A stretch of DNA of 57,607 bases from an uncultured Bacteroides sp. (GTDB lineage: Bacteria > Bacillota > Clostridia > Christensenellales > CAG-917): assembly GCA_964624745.1 (NCBI GenBank), contig CAZUZK010000003.1, positions 1 through 57,607 on the forward strand, read 5' to 3'. Below the pieces are notes generated by a model. The model saw only the letters and a program-made list of their open reading frames with translations. It had not been told where the DNA came from and did no database searches. A program made the translations under genes and the position numbers. Positions 20,701 to 24,188 of this stretch are shown piece by piece. The stretch's first letter is position 1; every line of letters begins with the position of its first letter.

Positions 20701-20966
20701 TTGCCCAAACTACTCCATTCCGTATCGCCAATCTTATCGCCTTTATTTCTTGTGTATCTACCCACCGCGCTGACGGTTATATCGCTAGAATAGCCGGCGT
20801 CGGCAACGTTGTTTTGAATAATTCCGCTTTGTTGCAAATTATCTTCTATGTCAAAAGCGACGGAAAGCGTGCCGACAAGCACCAGAACGAACAACACGAC
20901 AAACGCCGCCGCGCTTGTTATGCGGCTTGAAAGCTTGCGTATATTTGTCGCTTGTTCTCTTCTCAT
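2790..20966 (-). CDS. Giant (about 6,058 aa) extracellular GLUG-motif / MBG-repeat protein with an N-terminal signal-anchor; putative adhesin
   Basis: This is a single uninterrupted 18.2-kb frame. Dozens of GLUG-type strands are present (..VGGIVGY.., ..VGGLVG.., ..IGGSIG..; for example 9601-9640 encodes VNFVGGSIGYVAK). Each series is preceded by a module head of the form F.G.fdGnG..I.nL. Two arrays of MBG/YDG-type Ig-like repeats and one discoidin-like insertion are annotated separately. The likely start is the ATG at 20966 (MRREQATNIRKLSSRITSAAAFVVLFVLVLVGTLSVAFDIED), preceded by GGGAAAA. The ORF-track start at 21146 would run through the divergent csoR promoter. There is no LPXTG, SLH, dockerin or C-terminal TM segment. 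Confidence 0.85.
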   Translation of the reverse strand: MRREQATNIRKLSSRITSAAAFVVLFVLVLVGTLSVAFDIEDNLQQSGIIQNNVADAGYSSDITVSAVGRYTRNKGDKIGDTEWSSLGNEVSLASADKTATWKYHTKKKTLSSSWNEADGTLEYTYNTRTLTYTQSSETKASFVAAFDYSFTNTSSTTKKYIVVNYTLTVASNSDGAKNTIMGVAAYEGKSASSITYKANDSEDDSNDANHWGGTVSDANTVVEKKGTVASSSSSATVYFEIAPSSAQHITFVFGRNASGTANSNIVYTVQINSIDVLSGDGSETSKYQLKNRTDFDIVSHFTNSGVDFAGQYFEVSPDKSNSQNDFINMTSAAFTPIGNGSNAFKGNVDGNDKQIKNLNVRGGDYAGLFGHIEDGTIENIKLDGASVEGRTYTGGIVGYSKNATINNCSVSGVIGIGGKLSGSSNGYSIVQYDGHEPESDEGFANINDGNSGTKFYTDKNTASFIVELTDPKTIVSGFAFITGDDDHKDGSKYRRPQGVKIYGSNTNNQTTSYKGSGNAGNVPSDGDWEEIYSNASLDIPQQSYYRKSFSLNGTATYKYYWVYVISYAAVVDGATAGMQFSEFELLTAKNVGGIVGSSNGSSTLISCENSATVCGADCVGGIVGFAERGTRLYGTMTNSASIVGGGMTGGIGGEVHSLLCDTSSNYGTFSNSGTITAPQGSSVGGCFGFTDKELRNASNTADVIGGCDVGGIVGRSQAPIKKSHNTGNVKGTIAHQLGSGEASATPTGTFVGGIVGYTSTTCTVSNCYNKGNVSATNSSGEYFDNANYVGGIVGYAQANVTYCASIESTVDGNDYLGGIVGSTTATVDYCYSVSGAINYRYSDARIGAIAAQGGTISNSWQIYKTAVTYSCDSANASDSGLGRVFSKDSTISSVVPIVISGSSYSTKTWENITDNNINGVEVVATIGTNKYFVSRKGENGKYLQPTRISSQGTPSPTSVTADYSATTASDVYVGTQDITQTTAGTGKIYNTKGETWDISFLAQPGSDLNNESPVVYTATFTTPTINANVGSYSTEVKLYINGVLVGRKETLTYTISQKTVNDSAFTATFSQTYVYNRVAQTPKPAIKWTAQDVTLVESTDFTYSWANNVNAGTASVTITGKGNYKDSKTFNFTIEQKNVNDSDFTADFKGATYIYNRAEQKPEPTINWTSKSYALVKGTEFDFRYENNVNAGVNTAKVIIDGKGNYKGTKIFTFTINPKNISNASEFRITVTSSHEYNATSQTPTYKVEWISGGSVWYTLQKNTEYTDNVSAATSAGTHSFTVSGKGNYTGSQTTSFTIERFDITKAGAVWFGAGPNMLVGNQTLDTSVFSSGYYQLQSSEGEQPNVLVYQTTAYNKDNFVLYVRFNNNNVVALDLGDEYDLTWGNNSATIIGAGSEHVAKTSVNAAAKGNLKGSLKRYYTVLDSDFGGNITSANWGSKTNPYVIKYPEQLLQLSLIVNGGKAINSIKGTLSLAPQSTAYASGRSYYGCYFRIDADIVAPSQGTSKTKGFEPIGKSGSSFMATSFGSSDDNVFMITYSYDNASTDYVGLFGYIVGTRIYNINVATTASGVHGHNYVGGIVGYATSVTIENCAFRVITNGANSISGNNYVGGIIGEGNATTIKYTRTGNEGFVDLSTAMMQANVSGVDYVGGIAGKWRISNASQHNGDDNGKAQALGYAQTNLVIESTGKYVGGLVGWLDASSCSSLTIAPTYTNGTSYMTVKGVSYAGVLYGVFQGGGYYKEKNQTNNSYIVIKSATVNGEEIPLVSASLQISGSGNVVGGLVGFMSGAALLFNTDWNSGEQITMTFADATNIVGSIVGMLGENATIESATQTTDGSYVAGGAKTIQNTVQLGSSTKRLGNFVGGIVGYVAASAGTYSVATGTIFLNAITLKNSAQIYAANMVGGIIGGAGIVSSPKSYGVSSTDFMLYNYLIYGQNSSTTYSRVLGIANLESTANVSSPFGKTLNLANVNASNEYVGGIIGYAGASVRLALKNNQSNSLTAYANLSVFNGSCDDNNDVTISGAKYVGGIAGYLATEKHTMSFVVNNARVVGTTEYVGGLVGRMESGTISGSISLTNQTVTSSTSRYVGTNYVGGLVGYTHNGEIFDSISTGFDFSTTSDTRGGVLGYGVNPTIENSWTIYVAQSGSDYSDISKNDRGSYVAVDDACDVNLTYEELALATSLKTDSSQDSIQGKLCFKLNVPGNNQQLVFYAADGNDAVTTNTVDSGMLGFNSHNNTVTITLALDADSMLAYATDIKFVNVKAYTTGSQTSGEANAEESYRHPSNATSLYVPQVTKAEYNGPNNAVSLIQANIYYDWNGALVLVGSATQTANKDGYLIGSYNKTFTAGSSADTPITISTQAEWDEFAWLIYTGQNDFNGQYIKLLAENIRVYYSASHNGHNFASETTPNASSSDTKNATSNLGYNFAGNIAQGAESMANVTVSGVDYTGINKVTPSFKGIFDGNGKTITISVGETTAVVANRISVFPNAQSATFKNLTIAGVINTYDNSAGTTTNNKIYYNAGSHLAGFVGKPFGRLTFNNCVSATNITGYSVIAGIAGYSTSSATISMTACVNKGNITSLEGSQWIKETGQNIGYPKMFTYGTGGLVAYATSSITIDSCLNTGDVIGKANVGGLIGSVSGTSSSTTALTIESSANTGYIEANELNPFNSSDNTKKAGNVWSRVGGLVGSVNEYAYAVIRSSYNTGDVRGYGSIAGGLVGILGGLADGKKPHQTITYNPSKIYYSYNTGTVSVGMYDASTGFGYGMIMIGLSYVNFNGTDVGGLVGVAVNVDINYCYNLGTVKGYGGVGDLFSWQTRQGGIVGEVATDSSNITIDVDIKNSYNAGYVQILEANDSEGKFSADIVGFIDSADMGDKVYVENCYGVANNIQNYVSKKIKYYTGWNTTENGDSGKIRAGTSLATVADLTAVMTSNGTLRPTSVNTAGTAVSLWSASVQALNDDAAYENGTAAGYVYVYGCLPQLSVFAVDTYNGLSMRSKVFGKNIYGEYEEDAHEAGSQSSPYVVKDGIDLLGVSALSNLGYPFDGKYIEVANGKNNITTDKSLSAVTAKTIKLPLDSVTSGTYSLESSEMYKSSSAYGAKCTQTGKSYHLLTNGAIGRDNPQNTDSTATAYVKWLNRNYGYDGDSGSSITDVTFARRNFITIGASNVFEGSFSGKQGESDNTQILDLRVLGYDKNKVYAGLFGRVEGAYVGYVSVTGRVEAYITDNGGTSIVGSIAASVGGKSVIDHCNAGVGDKLYNSASTHEIVLYSCGKAKTHTPVGNLNTYTGGIAGEINTAIGTNYIAGTTSTIKNCVIVDARINSKRSRTGGIVGYASNNADAKIGNNKIYVSDNRVERATIQTISNRDNSSAKTLGKHIGGIIGYSNDNTTLFISGCEVGTDTNPLTYDSSAATIAEMTSVAYNSEIGAAQKQVLITGETCIGGIAGIMPNSINEIVDCSVNKSTLIARDDEWGTIENDPNYGTAIGGIVGFTTHNDTVNAVTTTFSGRIVFDGTILIAKGMDTDNGDVTNVGGVVGDMGAGASIASGAIINVTGNIVIDDSIDRIKNLGGVAGRTRGVAFSGRLTVNPTITAINADNMGGFIGTNESTVDILSDNTVISIGCVLSGKSEVGGFIGLNAAGATLNMGANDYSGVTYEKRLSITIETGANIEASEDNVGGIVGKNEGAETQDGTDGIVNIVKGTFVNNGDLNGRNNVGGIVGLNDGEMFTGGGTGSEEVRRLTITNEGNVRGNNYIGGSIGKLNKGSIAGEFTNNGSVTGVNFVGGSIGYVAKTASVTVPTDNPVPTVFVNSGNVTSTGAYIGGSIGILLGSIAGYDNNSKVEFTNSGRVTATGYVGGSIGVLAGSMTYAQFISSASNMQVAAVNAVGGSVGIIGVPEPLKSDSDNIPLDGTALDVSISIRNTHFEAGGTLTANPDSAAIENAKNADETKWGGIGGAIGVIGDSSNGFNGGSDWSNNTYYAVGNVTANGVYNVGGIVGLIKASGISINNMLAYNTTVTGAKNVGGIVGYAYGSNIEIKSAFAIEGNFVATVSDVGGIVGKANSTTDATTSYWVKGYENAVIAGSNVNNLQQTLGKYEVISETYTNNGNAETITFTQALCGTDKDVSGAIYSTPTEYYKAVGEHRVGGVTVSESDVTDLTWAMYFAKYHSGSSFTNGAWVKPLNNPTYSTGANDGSTGWYFVYANDNMSASSVSDTSIGKVNAEHTDARGNNIASSVYWKRIANAYSASEREAGKDTETLYSTIVQDGGSPQSSVLYATAMAAGKNSGYYMYIESSGSQKPSAIKDESVTTGLFYISIATINSADSAKIAKNVAVYYRTIAKGSALTYNSYERYAPIGLTDAENKSIEFRQNVVANESYADTYCYKAVDGSDTVLSATKPGNYKSAIEVYYYDRNGNPSVVGGIVVDWTISYRGLEAVADDVAGEYGKDECQATLTISNIAPKDKSNITFDVAIKTFEGSNIANATDLVTFKWNGSSCEAVKGADTYGIEIVSAQMQVYSNLADLGSTKETISDSNTYKLVVGIKFVNAKNYLIVPELTNKKDCYTELDKMCKVIVTPATLRIKLGAGYDNQSAIFDNSLYSRSWVVDGIVTKEGYNDTMAVLAAFSPRFVAQIKNSNNDNDYALSSFDLFDTNGILGTSSAVECNSALSGNRVSNVSVRTSINSHSFDVSGMRLVGNYYLTFASGQQGNYKLDTSVSPKFSISNNAITLSWTKQDSSGSHVYDGQKTGKLIATFEVLTDTGISDFVAFLKKYYSATLNNVKADNFVSVNSKKATCTFTTAVDAKTYTAKLELTDWAKDNLIDCSAESSEAQYIITKRPLSVTFADHKGATLNASGKTYVYNTEHQGLSQFTVSGLVANDKVEIVCGGKTYSVTSSSPSATVTTQTVDYKDGGYSVTASMGSGARSSNYKLNGTYTAKWTIAKKALTLSGLKDGSAIYDAKSHTPSIDLSDNGSNIAQNADGSFNFGRDMIFVNYKVNDKSEATAFVNAGEYVVSISSKAFEARRNGVDVSNNYDVTGTGSATFTISAREISLTWTSSPSSFVYYYGRYAGFTVSGASYKVSALSSPVVTSSTVDSATIHALGNDVLTLTLSGKQTNVGKDYFMSVVSFSISPATNEGVATSKDNYIIGNTTSSKYEIEQSTITVSYSSGNVVGKVYDSTTSATTALANSNSVYSVTSTNQGSAPSISSFNVTAYYDDANVASGKAVFINYEFVGDTTNYKYVGSGVQQVDGIGEITHAMLTITLDKLRYGKATRAYNGGTSYGGSGAKHTEGKTAKSQIYTSGEGFSVSGFYGTDDVTVYANYVEADSTRSQRYKLDKYVNNVCVDSEGNYYVGSGYYKKLEFRISGNEAGNYKFVVAEHSNDVGVYLNGSCTPVTVYDKNDRANNEGLTSEVVIEITVKSVRVEYAHQYQSYATADNKYNTEWENISGTSKDIVERTVSVIVANGWQLDGNGEPAVYKGHKVIYGSENSSVLGAKVSPDMGMNFNYRLSNQPILTIGYFVETGDVFEINSLAKLIIASFYWTASQDGDNPEFTQIIKSDFTFELLATQAQYTNNIGMPDGYSDWDGYFEELQNDSNGKIVVFRNENSEVGEVGCWGYYKENPASSKRMFSAFKQTADISGVMTQADEDMLNSFFTVIGQDGTAHRYGWGSSSGASYVKHVTSSGVGNIVSVKGSLFKLTSELFNGSYDGNGYVIDKLKIVGYGSENVGLFDVLGANVKVSNLHLRNFTVLSGAGNTGGIAGSALASANGDAVSNVTFHGSITVSATANVGGLFGSSERSIANAIVLGTITVRGNGSNVGGFVGSANNIKLSNAVSMMQIDATGNVNPFGVGLASASIDNSFHMENAVWKRSDSGLAFVNDSARKKSYAELYLGSNSGYADSDYCKGDDGNKGVFDVVNDMDLRDIAEDLRSSVKARRSMRLRDIIDVDLLMYSLGETSVTTGELKGLSVYTLGNESWIVGKKHGTSDSDAIVIANQQNVSLLRELRFATFTLACDVKMYSSYVHSTYSGAFYGTVKANGHTIDLNGADKMFEVSVNAIPLA
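4420..7750 (-). repeat. Second, longer array of divergent MBG/YDG-type Ig-like repeats in the C-terminal third of the giant protein
   Basis: The array shows recurrent ..(V/I)YDG/YNxxxH..t(v/f)sG...(n)d...v......aG.Y.v....... units. Examples:
- HVYDGQKTGK at about 6731-6770
- YVYNTEHQGLSQFTVSG at about 6361-6420
- AIYDAKSHTP at about 6080-6120
- KVYDSTTSATT at about 5430-5460
- RAYNGGTSYGG at about 5120-5165
- NEAGNYKFV at about 4861-4890. Confidence 0.5.
17050..17900 (-). repeat. Three tandem MBG-type (YGX/NxxNAG..GKGNY) Ig-like repeats within the giant protein
   Basis: The repeated protein units are:
- ..YVYNRVAQTPKPAIKW..FTYSWANNVNAGTASVTITGKGNYKDSKTFNFTIEQK
- ..YIYNRAEQKPEPTINW..FRYENNVNAGVNTAKVIIDGKGNYKGTKIFTFTINPK
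- ..HEYNATSQTPTYKVEW..YTDNVSAATSAGTHSFTVSGKGNYTGSQTTSFTIER
The shared DNA core cctgcgttgacgttgtt occurs at about 17389 and about 17629. Confidence 0.65.
19200..19680 (-). other. Discoidin / F5-8 type C-like (galactose-binding-like) domain inserted between two GLUG strands of the giant protein
   Basis: The translation is FANINDGNSGTKFYTDKNTASFIVELTDPKTIVSGFAFITGDDD..RRPQGVKIYGSNT..DWEEIYSNA..YKYYWVYVISY..MQFSEFELL. It is flanked by YTGGIVGYSKN.. upstream and ..AKNVGGIVGSS downstream. This pattern (..DG...TkW, wi.v.L, p..v.iygSn, W..i, .E.el) is typical of F5/8 type C carbohydrate-binding modules. Confidence 0.55.
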
Positions 20967-21071
20967 AAATTTTCCCACGTACACGCGCATTTTGCGCATT
21001 TTATATATTTTATAATATATATACGATTTGCACAAGATTTTTATTGGATTTCTTTCATATTTTTTTAACCC

Positions 21072-21100
21072 TTGACATTTTCCGCAATAAGTCGTATTAT
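21072..21100 (+). promoter_or_regulatory. Consensus sigma-A promoter of csoR-copA
   Basis: TTGACA (21072-21077), an exact 17-nt spacer, then TATTAT (21095-21100). Confidence 0.8.
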
Positions 21101-21106
21101 TTTTGC

Positions 21107-21123
21107 ATACCCCCTCGGGGTAT
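21107..21123 (+). promoter_or_regulatory. CsoR operator (GC-rich inverted repeat)
   Basis: ATACCCC-CTC-GGGGTAT is a perfect 7-bp inverted repeat with a 3-nt spacer. It starts about 7 nt after the -10 element and lies 14 nt before the GGAG SD of csoR. It has the same TACCC..GGGTA architecture as the B. subtilis copZA operator. Confidence 0.8.
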
Positions 21124-21148
21124 ATTATACCACTACGGAGAATCAATT

Positions 21149-21463
21149 ATGAACAACTCAAACGACTGCTGTGCGGTATGCGCAAAGCATAAGCACGTTC
21201 CGCGCGACGACAAAAATCTCAAAGCCCTGCACTCTCGGCTTAACCGCGCGATAGGTCAGCTCAACGGCATAAAGAGTATGCTTGACGACAACCGCTACTG
21301 CGGAGATATTCTCATACAGCTTTCCGCCGTACAAAGCGCGCTTCAAGCCTTCGGGTATATGATTTTGTCCGATCATCTCAACACCTGCGTCGTCGAAAAC
21401 GTGCTTGACGGCAACGTACAAATTCTCGACGAAACGATTGACCTCATCAAAAAATTGAAATAA
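21149..21463 (+). CDS. csoR: Copper-sensing transcriptional repressor CsoR (104 aa)
   Basis: An ATG at 21149 with a GGAG SD at 21137-21140. It contains ..LHSRLNRAIGQLNGIKSMLDDNRYCGDILIQLSAVQSALQAFG..LSDHLNTCV, i.e. the CsoR/RcnR fold with the C-H-C copper ligand pattern. Confidence 0.9.
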   Translation: MNNSNDCCAVCAKHKHVPRDDKNLKALHSRLNRAIGQLNGIKSMLDDNRYCGDILIQLSAVQSALQAFGYMILSDHLNTCVVENVLDGNVQILDETIDLIKKLK

Positions 21464-21470
21464 TCATATT

Positions 21471-24101
21471 ATGAAAAAAGTCAGATTCAACGTTACGGGA
21501 ATGTCTTGCTCTGCGTGCAGTGCGCGCGTCGAAAAGGCGGTAAACGCCCTCGACGGCGTGGAAGAAGCAAGCGTAAACCTGCTCACAAACTCTATGCAGG
21601 TGCTGTTTGACGATTCTCTAACCGAGCAAGACGTCATACGCGCGGTTATCGCCGCAGGCTACGGAGCGAGCGTCGTCGGCTCTCACGACTCGCAAGCGCA
21701 GGGCACAGGCGCACAATCCCCCTTTGCACGCTTTGTCGCTACGCTCAAAAATCTCAATCCCACGTATCTTCTTCTCATACGCCTTTGCGTGTCGCTTGCC
21801 ATATTAATACCGCTCATGTACGTATCAATGGGCGCGGTGATGTGGGGGTGGCGCATTCCCGACAGCCTTGCATCCTCCCCGATGTCGATAGCGATATACG
21901 AGCTTGTATTATCCTTTGTCGTTATGCTTATCAACGGCAAATTTTTCGTGAGCGGCACAAAAAGCCTTTTACACCGCGCGCCAAATATGGACACCCTCGT
22001 ATCTATGGGCAGCGGCATATCCTTTATATACAGCGTTGCGCTCATGATACAGGCAGGCGTAAATCCCGAATATCTTGCGCAACTTGCGCACAATCTCTAT
22101 TTTGAATCGGCGGCGATGATACTCGTGCTTATCACCCTAGGCAAAACGCTGGAGTCCTACAGCAAGGGCAAAACTACCTCTGCCATTAACGCGCTCATCA
22201 AGCTTGCCCCCGAAACGGTACGCATACTCGTTGACGGCGAAGAAAAGGAAATTCCGATTGCAGAGCTTAAGGTCGGCGACGTGTTTCTTGTTCGTCCGGG
22301 CGAGAACTTCCCTGCCGACGGAACCGTGCTTTCGGGCGACGGCTCTGTGAACGAAGCATCGGTCACGGGCGAGAGTATGCCTGTTGACAAGAGTGTCGGC
22401 AGTCGTGTGATTTCAGGCACGTCCGACGTAGACGGCTTCTTCACAGTGCAAGCCACCGAGGTAGGCGAAAATTCAGTTTTAGGCAAGGTTGTAAGACTTG
22501 TCGAGGAGGCTTCGTCGTCAAAGGCTCCTATTGCAAAAACGGCAGATAAAGTGTCGGGAATATTCGTACCAAGTGTCATTTCTGTCGCAATCGTCGTTTT
22601 TATCGTCTGGATTGCAGTCACAAAAAATCTTTCCTTGTCCCTAACCCACGCAATAAGCGTGCTTGTCATAAGCTGTCCTTGCGCACTCGGCTTAGCCACC
22701 CCCGTAGCCATAATGGTAGGCAACGGAAAGGGTGCGAAAAACGGAATACTTTTCAAGACCGCAACCGCTTTGGAACAGACGGGAAAGGCCGATATAATCG
22801 TGCTTGACAAGACAGGCACAATCACCGAGGGCGAGCCGCGAGTTACCGACGTCGCAACACTTTCTTATCTTTCGGAAGAGGAGGTAATTCTCCTTTGCGC
22901 ACGTCTTGAAACAGGTAGCTCGCACCCTGTTTCAAAAGCGATTTTGAAATCTGCCGAAGCCGTTTCGAGCGAGCGTCCGCTCCCTGCCGACAACTTCCAG
23001 AACCTTTCGGGATACGGTCTTAAGGGCGAAATAGACGGCAAGCTCGCGCTTCTCGGCAACGCTTCGCTTATGCGCAAATATTCCGTCGAAATCGACGAGC
23101 AAGCGAACGTTGCGCGCACGTTTTCGGAAAGCGGAAAAACTCCGTTATTCTTTGCTCTGGACGGTGTGCTTCAAGCCGTTATCGCCGTTGCGGACGCAAT
23201 CAAAAGCGACAGCGCAGATGCTATTGCCACACTACAAAAACAGGGTATGCGCGTCGTTATGCTCACCGGCGACAATGCCGTAAGCGCAAAAGCCGTTGCG
23301 GACAAATGCAACGTTGACGCATTCGTTTCCGACGTCCTTCCGCAGGACAAGGCGTCCGTTGTTTCCGCCCTACAAAAGCACGGCAAGGTGGTTATGGTCG
23401 GCGACGGTATAAACGACGCTCCCGCGCTCACGAAAGCCGACGTAGGCATAGCCATAGGCGCAGGCACGGACGTTGCGATAGACAGCGCGGACATAGTGCT
23501 TATGCACTCCTCTCTCACCGACGTTGCGCGCGCCGTAACCCTTTCGCGGCGTACCCTTCTCAACGTCAAAGAAAACCTTTTCTGGGCGTTTATATACAAC
23601 TGTATTTGCATTCCGATAGCCGCAGGCGCGCTCTCTTTTCCACCTATAAGCCTAACTCTTAATCCCATGATAGGCGCAGGCGCAATGAGCCTTTCGAGCG
23701 TATGCGTGGTTCTCAACGCGCTCCGCTTGAACTTGGCGGATATAAACAAACATACGTCTCGCAAAAAGCCGCCCGTAGAGCTTGACGTAAGCTCGATCCT
23801 CTCGGACGTAAAAGCCGACGAACCCTCTTTAGAAACTCAACAACAAACAATACAAGCTTCCGCTCCCGACGCGGAAAAAGGAGATATATCCATGACAAAA
23901 ACTCTTCACGTAGAAGGCATGATGTGTATGCACTGCGTAGCGCACGTGCAAAAAGCATTGGCACAGGTTCAAAACGTAACCTCCGTCGAGGTTTCTCTCG
24001 ACGCTAAAACGGCGGTGGTAACCCTCTCCGCACCCGTTGATAACGACGTGCTTATCAACGCCGTCACCGAAGCGGGCTACGAGGTTGTATCCGTAGACTG
24101 A
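21471..24101 (+). CDS. copA: Copper-translocating P1B-type ATPase CopA with N-terminal and C-terminal HMA domains (876 aa)
   Basis: It has an N-terminal HMA domain (GMSCSACSARVEKAV), a TGES actuator motif (TGESMPV), a CPC in TM6 (SCPCALGLATP) and the DKTGT, GDGINDAP and MLTGD motifs. The canonical end ..VVLNALRLN is followed by a roughly 50-aa linker and a second HMA domain (VEGMMCMHCVAHVQKAL). Confidence 0.95.
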   Translation: MKKVRFNVTGMSCSACSARVEKAVNALDGVEEASVNLLTNSMQVLFDDSLTEQDVIRAVIAAGYGASVVGSHDSQAQGTGAQSPFARFVATLKNLNPTYLLLIRLCVSLAILIPLMYVSMGAVMWGWRIPDSLASSPMSIAIYELVLSFVVMLINGKFFVSGTKSLLHRAPNMDTLVSMGSGISFIYSVALMIQAGVNPEYLAQLAHNLYFESAAMILVLITLGKTLESYSKGKTTSAINALIKLAPETVRILVDGEEKEIPIAELKVGDVFLVRPGENFPADGTVLSGDGSVNEASVTGESMPVDKSVGSRVISGTSDVDGFFTVQATEVGENSVLGKVVRLVEEASSSKAPIAKTADKVSGIFVPSVISVAIVVFIVWIAVTKNLSLSLTHAISVLVISCPCALGLATPVAIMVGNGKGAKNGILFKTATALEQTGKADIIVLDKTGTITEGEPRVTDVATLSYLSEEEVILLCARLETGSSHPVSKAILKSAEAVSSERPLPADNFQNLSGYGLKGEIDGKLALLGNASLMRKYSVEIDEQANVARTFSESGKTPLFFALDGVLQAVIAVADAIKSDSADAIATLQKQGMRVVMLTGDNAVSAKAVADKCNVDAFVSDVLPQDKASVVSALQKHGKVVMVGDGINDAPALTKADVGIAIGAGTDVAIDSADIVLMHSSLTDVARAVTLSRRTLLNVKENLFWAFIYNCICIPIAAGALSFPPISLTLNPMIGAGAMSLSSVCVVLNALRLNLADINKHTSRKKPPVELDVSSILSDVKADEPSLETQQQTIQASAPDAEKGDISMTKTLHVEGMMCMHCVAHVQKALAQVQNVTSVEVSLDAKTAVVTLSAPVDNDVLINAVTEAGYEVVSVD
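23878..23894 (+). promoter_or_regulatory. Internal in-frame RBS plus ATG in front of the C-terminal CopZ-like domain of copA
   Basis: AAGGAG (23878-23883), 8 nt, then ATG (23892-23894). This ATG is codon 808 of copA, in frame, and begins MTKTLHVEGMMCMHCVAH.. (69 aa to the stop). Confidence 0.45.
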
Positions 24102-24129
24102 ACGGTCAACCCTCAATCGCCGAACAAGC

Positions 24130-24170
24130 GATAACCCCGTTTCGTACAAACGGGGTTATCGTTATTTTAT
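24130..24170 (+). terminator. Rho-independent terminator after copA
   Basis: A perfect 13-bp stem, GATAACCCCGTTT (24130-24142) with AAACGGGGTTATC (24148-24160), and a 5-nt loop, followed by GTTATTTTAT. Confidence 0.85.
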
Positions 24171-24188
24171 CTTTGATTTTAAGGTTGT

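Noticed and set aside
20967-21146. The 60-codon N-terminal extension of the giant ORF given in the ORF track (start 21146).
   Set aside because: It would overlap the csoR promoter, operator and start codon. It has no SD, and it precedes a typical basic-plus-hydrophobic signal beginning at the ATG at 20966.
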